Source of the DNA: Promethearchaeota archaeon
GTDB lineage: Archaea; Asgardarchaeota; Lokiarchaeia; Sigyniarchaeales; SOKP01
Direction of reading: 5' to 3'
Assembly: GCA_030606485.1 (NCBI GenBank)
Contig: JAUWGH010000002.1
Span: 270,001 to 302,000 of the forward strand
Length of the DNA: 32,000 bases
Each line of letters starts with the position of its first letter. The first letter of the stretch is position 1. Below the pieces are notes generated by a model. The model saw only the letters and a program-made list of their open reading frames with translations, was not told the DNA's origin and searched no databases. A program made the translations under genes and the position numbers. This document shows, in pieces, positions 1 to 8,144 of this stretch.

Positions 1-48
1 AAAGAAATTCCGATTTATATTGATCTCCAAAAGCAATTAGATTCTTAA
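1..48 (+). CDS. 3' end of an upstream gene (partial, ...KEIPIYIDLQKQLDS*)
   Basis: Frame 1 is open from the window edge to TAA at 46-48, followed by a T-rich tract convergent with the next gene. Confidence 0.35.
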   Translation, partial: KEIPIYIDLQKQLDS

Positions 49-72
49 AATTTTGTTTTCTATTTTTTCTTT

Positions 73-489
73 TTATTTGATAAAATTATATTTTTTTAAA
101 TATTTCATTAACTTTTCACTTGTACGTCGTCGTTCTCTCCAGTCCAGATAAAAGTTATTACGTCTTGGGCAATCGGTGTCAAGGGAGCATATACCAATAT
201 CTTCAAGATAAATTAGAGGATAATACCGACATCCTTCAGGTCTAAACTTATAAATACTGCATAATTTGGTTTTTTCATCAAAAAAGTAGCAATGTTTATT
301 CACATTTTTTAATTGCCAGTACCCATCTTCATTTTTAAATGTAAAATCATCGACTTTTAAAGGTGCATTGTAATTATTAAGAATTATTTTAATATCATCA
401 TCGGTTATTAACATTTCAGTTTTAAAGCAGCAAATTCCACAGTCTTTACAGAGCATTTTTAACTCAATAAAATATAATCTAAAAATCAT
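73..489 (-). CDS. YkgJ/UPF0153-family cysteine-cluster (putative Fe-S/Zn) protein
   Basis: CxxCxxCC (CKDCGICC), C-x-F, CSIY-x-x-RP-x-x-C-x-x-YP motifs. The real start may be the ATG at 456 (MLCKDC). Confidence 0.85.
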   Translation of the reverse strand: MIFRLYFIELKMLCKDCGICCFKTEMLITDDDIKIILNNYNAPLKVDDFTFKNEDGYWQLKNVNKHCYFFDEKTKLCSIYKFRPEGCRYYPLIYLEDIGICSLDTDCPRRNNFYLDWRERRRTSEKLMKYLKKYNFIK

Positions 490-547
490 TAAATTCTTTT
501 TTAGATAGGTTCTTCTTTGATTCTAATTTTTTACTTGAAAGTAAACA

Positions 548-556
548 TTTATATAA
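548..556 (+). promoter_or_regulatory. Putative archaeal TATA box for the 620 gene; SD-like AAGGTGA at ~607-613
   Basis: TTTATATAA preceded by purine-rich GAAAGTAAA; GGTGA a few nt before ATG 620. Confidence 0.35.
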
Positions 557-619
557 GTTAAAGTAGAGAAATAGACATTTAAAATTAAAATAATTTTTAA
601 AAAAAAAAGGTGAAATTTA

Positions 620-1030
620 ATGTCTGAAGATGTTAATGTCCGGTGGGGTTTTTTAAAGTTTATGTATGCATATGCTGGTATTTCAGTAGCTGGTTTTGGA
701 TTGATAATACTTATCATTCCAGACCAATTCAGTTCCTTATTAGGAGCTCCCAGTTTTGAACCAGTCGTTTGGGGTATTTGTGGTAGCGTTTGGACTGGGC
801 TAGGGCTACTCTGTTTTTTAGGTTTACGAGATCCACTCAAATTTCTACCACTTCTCTTATTTCAAGTTGTTTACAAATCGATCTGGTACCTTGCTGTTTG
901 GCTACCCCTTTTAATTATGGGACAATTTCCAGCATGGGGATTATTAACTGTGTTATTATTTTGGACCTATATTGTTGGAAATATAATCGCGATACCTTGG
1001 TCATATCTCTTTAAAAAATCATCTGATTAA
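620..1030 (+). CDS. Hypothetical integral membrane protein (~4 TM helices)
   Basis: 136 aa, hydrophobic segments, good SD-like site. Confidence 0.8.
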   Translation: MSEDVNVRWGFLKFMYAYAGISVAGFGLIILIIPDQFSSLLGAPSFEPVVWGICGSVWTGLGLLCFLGLRDPLKFLPLLLFQVVYKSIWYLAVWLPLLIMGQFPAWGLLTVLLFWTYIVGNIIAIPWSYLFKKSSD

Positions 1031-1141
1031 TAGATGTTGAAGCCACTGAAATTGATTAAACATAATATTTAAATAAAAATTAAATCATTCTTTTTTTCTT
1101 TTTAAAATAAATTTTAAATAAAATTTAGGCAAAATAATCTT

Positions 1142-2449
1142 ATGGAAAAAAATGAAAGAATTAATGAGTTAGAGTTAAAGAGTAAATCACCTACTTTTCA
1201 AATCGTAATAATTGGTATAATAACTGCGGGCTCCTCTATCTTTGGATTTTACGAATTTTCTCTTTTTAATACTTATATTGAACATATTCTTAATTTAGAA
1301 TATATCTATATTTCGATAATGGTGAGCGTAAGCGCTATAATGGGACTTATATTTAATATAGTATTTGGAATTTTGAGCGATAATACTCGTACAAAATACG
1401 GTCGGAGAAGGCCTTATTTACTATTTGGAATTCTTGCTGGAATTGCCATGTACCTTTACGCGTTTTCGCCCAATTTTTTGTGGTGCTTTATCTTAGACGC
1501 AATCATAATAGGAGTTGTTTCAAATGCTTTTTATGCGGGTAGTTATGTATTAATTCCTGATTTAGTTGGTATGGAGCGCAGAGGTAGGGCAAATGGAATA
1601 GTTCAAATTTTTTCTTTGGTTGGTTCAATGCTACCTACTGCATTAATTTTATACGTGAATGAATTTTATTCAACGCAAAGTGTTGAAGGCACGATCATAA
1701 CCCAAGAAGGATACATTCTTTCGTTAGCATTTGGAGCATTAGCAATAATTATTGTCTCCATTTTAGGTTTTTTATTAATAAGAGAGAAACCCGTTTCAGA
1801 ATTGCCCCCTAGAAAAAAATTTTTGGTTGATTTAAAAGATACTTTTCAATATAAAGAATTAAAAAAACATAAACATTTCTTTAGAATTATTATTGCCCTC
1901 ACTGTCTTCAATATTGGGACAAGAATTATTTTACCTTTTATATGGAATTACTTCTTTAGTCTATCACTCACTACATTAGGTCTCATTTTACTATTTGGAA
2001 TCTCTCTCCCAGTATCTATCATAATAATGTATGTTCTTGGAAAAATCGTAGATAAGTATGGCAGGAAAAAGTTTTTAGCCCCCCTCATTTTGATATCTTC
2101 AATCGGGTTTTTTATAATTCCTTTTTTCTCGCCAGATACTATTATTACTTTTATTATTTATGTAATTGCATTCACTTTAATATTAATTGCATTAATGGGG
2201 CTTGCTGTTCCACTTATTACATGGCGGCATGATCTCCTTCCTGAACATGAAAGAGGAAAGTATACTGGGATTCAGAATATAATGGACACGATTTCTCAAA
2301 TTCCCGGGGCTATAATTGGAGGGTTAATTGCTGATGCTTTTGGAATTCAATGGATTTTTATTGTTGTTCCTATTTTTTTGATAGGTTCAATCCCATTTTT
2401 CATGACCGTGAGAGAAACTCTATCAAAAAATGTAATAGAAGAAAAATGA
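1142..2449 (+). CDS. MFS transporter, GPH/sugar-porter-like
   Basis: ~12 TM segments; motif A-like GILSDNTRTKYGRRRPY and GKIVDKYGRKK. Confidence 0.9.
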   Translation: MEKNERINELELKSKSPTFQIVIIGIITAGSSIFGFYEFSLFNTYIEHILNLEYIYISIMVSVSAIMGLIFNIVFGILSDNTRTKYGRRRPYLLFGILAGIAMYLYAFSPNFLWCFILDAIIIGVVSNAFYAGSYVLIPDLVGMERRGRANGIVQIFSLVGSMLPTALILYVNEFYSTQSVEGTIITQEGYILSLAFGALAIIIVSILGFLLIREKPVSELPPRKKFLVDLKDTFQYKELKKHKHFFRIIIALTVFNIGTRIILPFIWNYFFSLSLTTLGLILLFGISLPVSIIIMYVLGKIVDKYGRKKFLAPLILISSIGFFIIPFFSPDTIITFIIYVIAFTLILIALMGLAVPLITWRHDLLPEHERGKYTGIQNIMDTISQIPGAIIGGLIADAFGIQWIFIVVPIFLIGSIPFFMTVRETLSKNVIEEK

Positions 2450-2471
2450 TTCAGCTTAAAGAAATATTTTT

Positions 2472-3221
2472 TTATAAAAGCGATGCGGAATCCTTATCTA
2501 AATAACAATATGCATTATTATGTACCTTCAAAATTGAAGCTGGATGGATTGGAGTTATGGGGGAACTCTCTAATAAGCATTCACGAACTGCCTTAGCCTT
2601 TCTCTTTTCTGGGCAAGTACAAATTATATTTTTCGCTTTTAAAATCTGATTTATAGACATAGAAATTGCTTTTTCTGGAACTTCTTCAATTGAATTGAAC
2701 CATCCTTCACCTACTTGTTGTTTTCGACATTGTTCGTCTAACTCTACTATTAAGTAAGGGGCTTTAATTTCAAAATCCGCAGGAGGATCATTAAAAGCTA
2801 GGTGACCATTTTCTCCAATACCGATGAACGCTATATCAATTATCTTTTTTGAAATGATTTCGCTTATTCTTTTACATTCTAAAGCAGTATTAATCGCATC
2901 TCCTTTAATAAAATTAATTTTACCAGGATGAATTTTTTCGATAAGACGCTTATTTAAATAGTAGCGAAAACTGGCTGGATGTGTAGCTGAAAGTCCTATG
3001 TATTCGTCTAAATGAAACATTTCCGTTCTTTTCCAATCTATTTCGTCGTGTTTACAAAGTGATTCAAGAAAGTCAAATTGAGATGCTCCCGTTGCTGCAA
3101 CAAAACATACGGTCGATTTAGTATCGAGGGCTGATTGAAGAATTTTTGCTGCTCTGTCTGCTGCCGCATTACTCGCTTCAAGTTTTGTAGGAAAAACATT
3201 AACATTTACCAAATCAATCAC
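2472..3221 (-). CDS. nagB: Glucosamine-6-phosphate deaminase/isomerase family (NagB-like)
   Basis: ATGASQ, FHLDEY, GIGENGHLAFNDP, P-x-x-AISMSI motifs; GTG start. Confidence 0.85.
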   Translation of the reverse strand: MIDLVNVNVFPTKLEASNAAADRAAKILQSALDTKSTVCFVAATGASQFDFLESLCKHDEIDWKRTEMFHLDEYIGLSATHPASFRYYLNKRLIEKIHPGKINFIKGDAINTALECKRISEIISKKIIDIAFIGIGENGHLAFNDPPADFEIKAPYLIVELDEQCRKQQVGEGWFNSIEEVPEKAISMSINQILKAKNIICTCPEKRKAKAVRECLLESSPITPIHPASILKVHNNAYCYLDKDSASLL

Positions 3222-3407
3222 CCAAATTATTTAAGAAGACCTACTCTTTAAATTAATATTTAATTTTAGATTTAAATTTAAGGAATCCTTTGCATAATAA
3301 ATTTATTACCAGAAGAGAGGTTTTGTACTAACCCGATTACAAGATTATATTTAGAACGGCTGAATGGAAAATCCATGAAATTTGTGTTTTCTAACTCTTT
3401 CATAAAA

Positions 3408-4730
3408 TTATTTGAAATTAGGCAAATATTTTTTCTGGAGCTCGGTCATTTCGTTATATATTGCTTCAGCCATTTCAAAACTACCACAGTTTACATCCAT
3501 TGCCAAACAAGCAATTGCTAAATCCTTAGATTCTTTTAAAATTGCTTCAACGCAAACATCTTGAATTGAAGCTTCAATGCGGAGTATGGAAGCAATATTT
3601 TTTGGAATATTACCTAATTTTATACCGTGCACACCGTCTTTATTTACAATAGCAGAACATTCTATTACTAAATCCTGAGGTAGATTGTTAATAATTCCAT
3701 TATTTGGAATATTAACTGCAACTTCATGGGAATTTTTATCTTCTATTATTGCTTCAATAATTGGTATTCCCCGCTCTCCAGACCCACCTCTGCTAAACAT
3801 GCCTCTTTTAGGATATCTCCCTTTTTTAAGTCTACTGTAATATCTAATAAGCTTATCATTTCCTCCCTTATTTGTCTGCTCCATTCTTGCAATCCAGTCT
3901 ATTAAATCCTGAACCTTTGTGTATTTAGAACCAATCTGTAAATATTCGCAAAGATGGTTGTCACCAACATAAGGAAAGTATCCAAACCTTTTATACACCT
4001 CGAATGTTAGATCTGCGAAATTAAACCTGTCCCATTTGTTCTTGAAGTATTCCATACATTTTGAATTAAATTCCTGCATGAGATCTTCACCGTTAGTTAA
4101 ATCCTTCAGTCCAAGTAGAAAAGCAAAATGGTTTAATCCTCCAGTTGTTAATTGTAAATCTTTAAATTTTCGATTTAACATTCTTGGTAAATGAGGTAAT
4201 AATAAGTGTATTTGATGACAAAGACCGACGAATTTCAGGTCAGGAATTGCTCTTTTGAGCGCTAAACATATGCGAGACATGGGATTAGAGTAATTTATAA
4301 AAAAAGCTTCAGGACAAGTTTTTTTAACATCCTTAGCAATTCTAACTATCTCTGGAATTTGGCGTGCTGAGTGAAAGAAACCTCCAGGCCCACCATTTTC
4401 GGCCATCATTTCCGTTGAACCGTGTTTTCTGGGGATTGTATTATCTTGCCATCTCAACTCGAACCTGTCTCCCTTTTCAATCGAGGAAATTATGAAGTCC
4501 GCATCTTTAATTGCCGTTGCTCTATCAGTTGTTTGTTCTATATTGTACTTATTTCCGAGTGTCTTATTATCTTGAGCAACGATTTCATAAACCATTTCCA
4601 ATTTATCTTTATTAATATCGTGAAGAACTATTGTAGAACCGGTTAGAACCTTGCTTGCATTAAGATCGATTAATGTAGCTGGTCCAAATGATGCACTTCC
4701 CGCCCCAATTAAAACGATTTTCTTATCCAT
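3408..4730 (-). CDS. Glycoside hydrolase family 4 (NAD+/Mn2+-dependent), probably an alpha-glycosidase
   Basis: N-terminal Rossmann IVLIGAGSASFG, ENGGPGG, NYSNPM, GLCH metal-binding Cys, GLNH, VNIPNNG. Confidence 0.92.
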   Translation of the reverse strand: MDKKIVLIGAGSASFGPATLIDLNASKVLTGSTIVLHDINKDKLEMVYEIVAQDNKTLGNKYNIEQTTDRATAIKDADFIISSIEKGDRFELRWQDNTIPRKHGSTEMMAENGGPGGFFHSARQIPEIVRIAKDVKKTCPEAFFINYSNPMSRICLALKRAIPDLKFVGLCHQIHLLLPHLPRMLNRKFKDLQLTTGGLNHFAFLLGLKDLTNGEDLMQEFNSKCMEYFKNKWDRFNFADLTFEVYKRFGYFPYVGDNHLCEYLQIGSKYTKVQDLIDWIARMEQTNKGGNDKLIRYYSRLKKGRYPKRGMFSRGGSGERGIPIIEAIIEDKNSHEVAVNIPNNGIINNLPQDLVIECSAIVNKDGVHGIKLGNIPKNIASILRIEASIQDVCVEAILKESKDLAIACLAMDVNCGSFEMAEAIYNEMTELQKKYLPNFK

Positions 4731-4956
4731 TATTTTTAACCGTTTAAATTTTAACCATTTAAGTTAAATTGTATATGTAATGCTTAAAAGTTAATTATTT
4801 TTTAAATAATTTTCAAAATTCACGAGCATTATGTTATTCAGTAATTCTTCCGATTATTCCAGAAGTATAAATAATATTTCTTTAATACTAAAAAATTTAA
4901 TAAATTTGATGAGAAAATTATATATCTATATAATTGATACAATTCTAGTAAGAATT

Positions 4957-5841
4957 ATGGATGAAATTGACTTAATCATTCTGACAAAATTATTAGAAAA
5001 CTCTCGCCTGACATATCGAGAATTAGCGGAAATGACCAATATGTCAATAAGCGCAATTCATAAACGTATTAGAAGCCTCGTAGACGGTGGGATTATCAAT
5101 GCTTTTATTGCACGACCAAGTGTAATGGCATTAAAATGTCTATGGGTTTTGATTTTTGGCACTTCTAATGCAAAATCAATAGATGCAGTTAGTAAAGAAC
5201 TTGGGCAACATGAGAGCATTTATTTCATTGGCATAGCAGGAGGTAAATTTCTATATATTGTAGCTTTTTTAAGGGATATATCAGAGCTTCAAGATTATAC
5301 CACTTATGTTTCAAAAACAAGTCAAATTAGTGAGCCAACAATAGGAATTATAAATGTGCCTTATTTGACTTTACCAGAACCACTAACAACTTTAGATTAT
5401 AAAATATTAAAGACTTTAAATAGAGATGCAAGGAAACCTATAACAGATATTGCAGATGATGTTGGGCTCTCTGCCAAAACTGTTAGAAAACGATTAGATC
5501 GAATGATTGAGAATAAGTTAGCTACGTTTACCATTGAATGGACGCCGTTGTACGAAAATAGTTTTATAACGGTTTTTCATCTAATTTTAAACGAGGGAAC
5601 TAATATGAATTCTACAATTCAACAAATATATAAGGTATATTCTCAAAATGCTGCTTATTGCCTAAGGTATAGTAATATTCCTAACTTTATTACAATGCAC
5701 ACATGGACAAAAACTTCAAGAGAATCCCAGAAAATTCAAGAAAAACTACAAACTGAAGGATTCAAAGATATAATTCCACGAATTGTATTATCTGCAAATT
5801 ATTATGATTGTTGGGTCGACCAATTACTTAGAACTAAATAA
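4957..5841 (+). CDS. Lrp/AsnC-family regulator with two tandem HTH-effector modules (start re-called at ATG 4957, not 4831)
   Basis: MDEIDLIILTKLLENSRLTYRELAE and TTLDYKILKTLNRDARKPITDIADDVGLS are both Lrp HTH starts. The 42 extra N-terminal codons in the ORF track look like AT-rich intergenic DNA. Divergent from the GH4 gene. Confidence 0.88.
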   Translation: MDEIDLIILTKLLENSRLTYRELAEMTNMSISAIHKRIRSLVDGGIINAFIARPSVMALKCLWVLIFGTSNAKSIDAVSKELGQHESIYFIGIAGGKFLYIVAFLRDISELQDYTTYVSKTSQISEPTIGIINVPYLTLPEPLTTLDYKILKTLNRDARKPITDIADDVGLSAKTVRKRLDRMIENKLATFTIEWTPLYENSFITVFHLILNEGTNMNSTIQQIYKVYSQNAAYCLRYSNIPNFITMHTWTKTSRESQKIQEKLQTEGFKDIIPRIVLSANYYDCWVDQLLRTK

Positions 5842-6133
5842 TTTAATATTTTCTATTCCATCCCAAATCTCAACCAAATAGAAAAAATATTGGTATTTTT
5901 TGTGTCAATTCATATCCATTTCAGTGTAAAGAAGTGAATTTTATTGATATTTTAGATTATTTTTTTATTTTAAGATTTTATAATTTCGATGATAAATTCC
6001 ATTCTTTCTATTTAATGACTATAAGCCCCCGTTGTTAATTTTTTTCCTTATCAGTGAACATGCTCTTATTAGAGTCCTAATCTGTATTATAATTAACAAA
6101 TAAAAATATAAATAAAAAAAAATCATTTGGAGA

Positions 6134-6361
6134 GTGGAAGATTTGTATAATTATAAAAAATTAGTTGGCGAACTGTTAGGCGCAGCTATAGCAGTTGTTT
6201 GGATATGTTTTGCTCTACTCTATAGTTTTTTGGATATTATGGGGGCTCGGGTGTTTCTCGTTGTTGCCATTTCCCTTACTATATTGTTGGGTGTATTATC
6301 TGGAGGTTTTCTTAAGCTAAGCAAAAAAGATAAAGAAAGCGCTAAAACTAAAGAAAGCTAG
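6134..6361 (+). CDS. Small 2-TM membrane protein
   Basis: 75 aa, GTG start, two hydrophobic helices and a basic C-tail, followed by a poly-T tract. Confidence 0.7.
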   Translation: MEDLYNYKKLVGELLGAAIAVVWICFALLYSFLDIMGARVFLVVAISLTILLGVLSGGFLKLSKKDKESAKTKES

Positions 6362-6373
6362 GAACTTCTAATC

Positions 6374-6404
6374 TATTTTTTTTTTATTTTTTTTATTTTT
6401 TTTT
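6374..6404 (+). terminator. Oligo-T terminator
   Basis: ~30-nt T tract just after the 6361 stop. Confidence 0.6.
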
Positions 6405-6412
6405 ATAAATCC

Positions 6413-6473
6413 TTACCCCTTTTTACTATTGAATTCTCTCTCTAAACTAAATTAAGACAAAAATAAATATGAG
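6413..6473 (+). repeat. 61-bp direct repeat, copy 1 (copy 2 at 8030-8090)
   Basis: TTACCCCTTTTTACTATTGAATTCTCTCTCTAAACTAA(A/C)TTAAGACAAAAATAAATATGAG, 60/61 identical. Confidence 0.95.
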
Positions 6474-6850
6474 TCAAATTTTTAACTATTAGATAGACAA
6501 ATTCTGAAATATATTGGAAATTTTTTAAGGAATCAAGGTCATCTCCTCAAAGACCGCAAATATAGGAGTATTATAAGACTGGGCTCAATATTTTTTAAAG
6601 AAGGTAATTACGCAAGTAATTTTACCTCGTGGGATGCAGAATTAACCGAAAGGATACTCAGTGGTAATTCGTTTAAAGTTCTAGGGAATTGAAATGAGAA
6701 TAACTTGTCACACATTTAGAAAATAAAGGGTTGCATGTGGAAAATCGGAAAATTTTATTCAACAACAAAACTGGAGAGGTAAATTCAGAGTCTGATTTCC
6801 ATGAAAATTTCTTTGAAAAGACGAAGTCGCGTAATTATTTGGCACCCTAG
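6469..6850 (+). pseudogene. Probable decayed ORF of unknown function
   Basis: ATG 6469 lies in the repeat. A 1-nt shift would join it to a 68-codon open frame (6486-6692, LLDRQILKYIGNFLRNQG...); a second open piece spans 6704-6850. Confidence 0.35.
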
Positions 6851-6937
6851 AAGAATTAAGAGTTTTAAATCTAAAAGAATGATCACATTTATATTATTAA
6901 ATGACAAAGTATTCCACTGTAATTTAAAAAAAAGAAG

Positions 6938-7999
6938 ATGATAAAAATTTTATTACAAAATTTCAACACAGCTTGGGCATGGCCTTGGTATACGGTTATG
7001 GTGACTATTAACGTCCTGGGCCTGGTGTTTTGTGCAGTTGTTTACAAACGATCCCTGATTCCAAGGGATGGAAAGGATTCAACATATAGGAAACGGATGC
7101 GAATTATGGGGGTAATCTTTACGTTAGTTTCTGCATATCGAGCGATTGGTGTATGGTCTTTACCATATACTTTCCGACTACCGAACACGGTAGCGGAAGT
7201 TTCATTCAGTGGGTTAATTGCGTATGCGATGTTACGATTCAATACTTATTTGCCTGCTACCGACGACGCACGTGCTAATAAATTCAAGTCATTCATAACA
7301 AAGACTCCCTATATCCTAGTAGGATGTATAGTTATATCACAATTCATTGACACATGGGGGGGGATCACCCATTTTGCAATAAGGGGTGCATTCGTGGAGA
7401 CATTATGGGGGATTGGGTTCCTGTCAGTACTCCCACTTGCTATTATACAACTGCGCCGTGTTTTCTCGATAAAAGATAAGGAGGCAGTAGAACGGTTACG
7501 AATACTGAAGTATTCTGCGATAATAATTGCAGCTTGGTGCGTGATTTATTGTATGTACAGGTGGGTCTTTACTTTACCGGGAATGTGGGGTAGGGCGTTA
7601 TATATATTAGAAACGGGGTTACCTGAACTTGAAACTGGCATACAAGCGATAATTGATGCCTTGGGAATTAGAACGCGAACATCGCTAGAGTACCGCGATT
7701 GGGGTTTTAGTTTTCTAATATGGCACTCTGCCTACTTTAGCATCTTAACTTGGATTTCAATATTCTTAATGAAAGCGCCACGACCCCGGGAAATTTCCGG
7801 GAAACATAACGCTAAGCTAACGCTAATAACGCTAGCGCTAATAACGATAGCGCTAATAGCGCTAATAACGATAATTGGCTTACCAGCTGACATTGATGAG
7901 ATAATTATTCTTTTGGTTTTGGGAGGCTTATTTCTCGTACCAATTGCCTACATTTTCGTTTTGGAAATCAAGCGTGTTAAGTTAAAGACTATAGAATAA
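6938..7999 (+). CDS. Polytopic membrane protein of unknown function, compositionally foreign
   Basis: 353 aa, many TM segments. Two sampled 60-nt lines (7021, 7561) are each 27/60 GC (45%), versus ~30% in neighbouring genes. Confidence 0.8.
   Translation: MIKILLQNFNTAWAWPWYTVMVTINVLGLVFCAVVYKRSLIPRDGKDSTYRKRMRIMGVIFTLVSAYRAIGVWSLPYTFRLPNTVAEVSFSGLIAYAMLRFNTYLPATDDARANKFKSFITKTPYILVGCIVISQFIDTWGGITHFAIRGAFVETLWGIGFLSVLPLAIIQLRRVFSIKDKEAVERLRILKYSAIIIAAWCVIYCMYRWVFTLPGMWGRALYILETGLPELETGIQAIIDALGIRTRTSLEYRDWGFSFLIWHSAYFSILTWISIFLMKAPRPREISGKHNAKLTLITLALITIALIALITIIGLPADIDEIIILLVLGGLFLVPIAYIFVLEIKRVKLKTIE
7808..7873 (+). repeat. In-frame 9/15-nt tandem repeat (GCGCTAATA[ACGATA]) encoding LTLITLALITIALIALITI
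   Basis: Units read directly from the sequence. Confidence 0.8.
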
Positions 8000-8000
8000 A

Positions 8001-8021
8001 TTTTAATTTTTTTTTTTTTTT
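8001..8021 (+). terminator. Oligo-T terminator
   Basis: T tract immediately after the 7999 stop. Confidence 0.6.
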
Positions 8022-8029
8022 CTCAATCA

Positions 8030-8090
8030 TTACCCCTTTTTACTATTGAATTCTCTCTCTAAACTAACTTAAGACAAAAATAAATATGAG
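8030..8090 (+). repeat. 61-bp direct repeat, copy 2
   Basis: One mismatch versus 6413-6473. Confidence 0.95.
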
Positions 8091-8144
8091 ATTAATCATT
8101 AACTAATATAAATTAATGAAAACCACAATAATGTTCTGGTTAAA

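Noticed and set aside
523-840. 105-aa minus-strand ORF and the 790-1014 alternative-frame ORF
   Set aside because: Shadows of the well-formed 620-1030 membrane-protein gene; no motifs.
3374-3403. ATGAAA...TTTCAT hairpin after GH4 as a SECIS element
   Set aside because: No in-frame UGA in nearby genes and no convincing non-Watson-Crick quartet geometry.
4831-4956. N-terminal 42 aa of the Lrp ORF
   Set aside because: AT-rich promoter-like DNA; the Lrp HTH begins at ATG 4957.
5842-6070. Possible decayed minus-strand gene downstream of Lrp
   Set aside because: Only short stop-interrupted pieces with no recognisable motif.
6413-8090. 61-bp repeats as integron attC sites or CRISPR repeats
   Set aside because: No RYYYAAC/GTTRRRY ends or long imperfect palindrome; only two copies 1.6 kb apart; no intI or cas genes.
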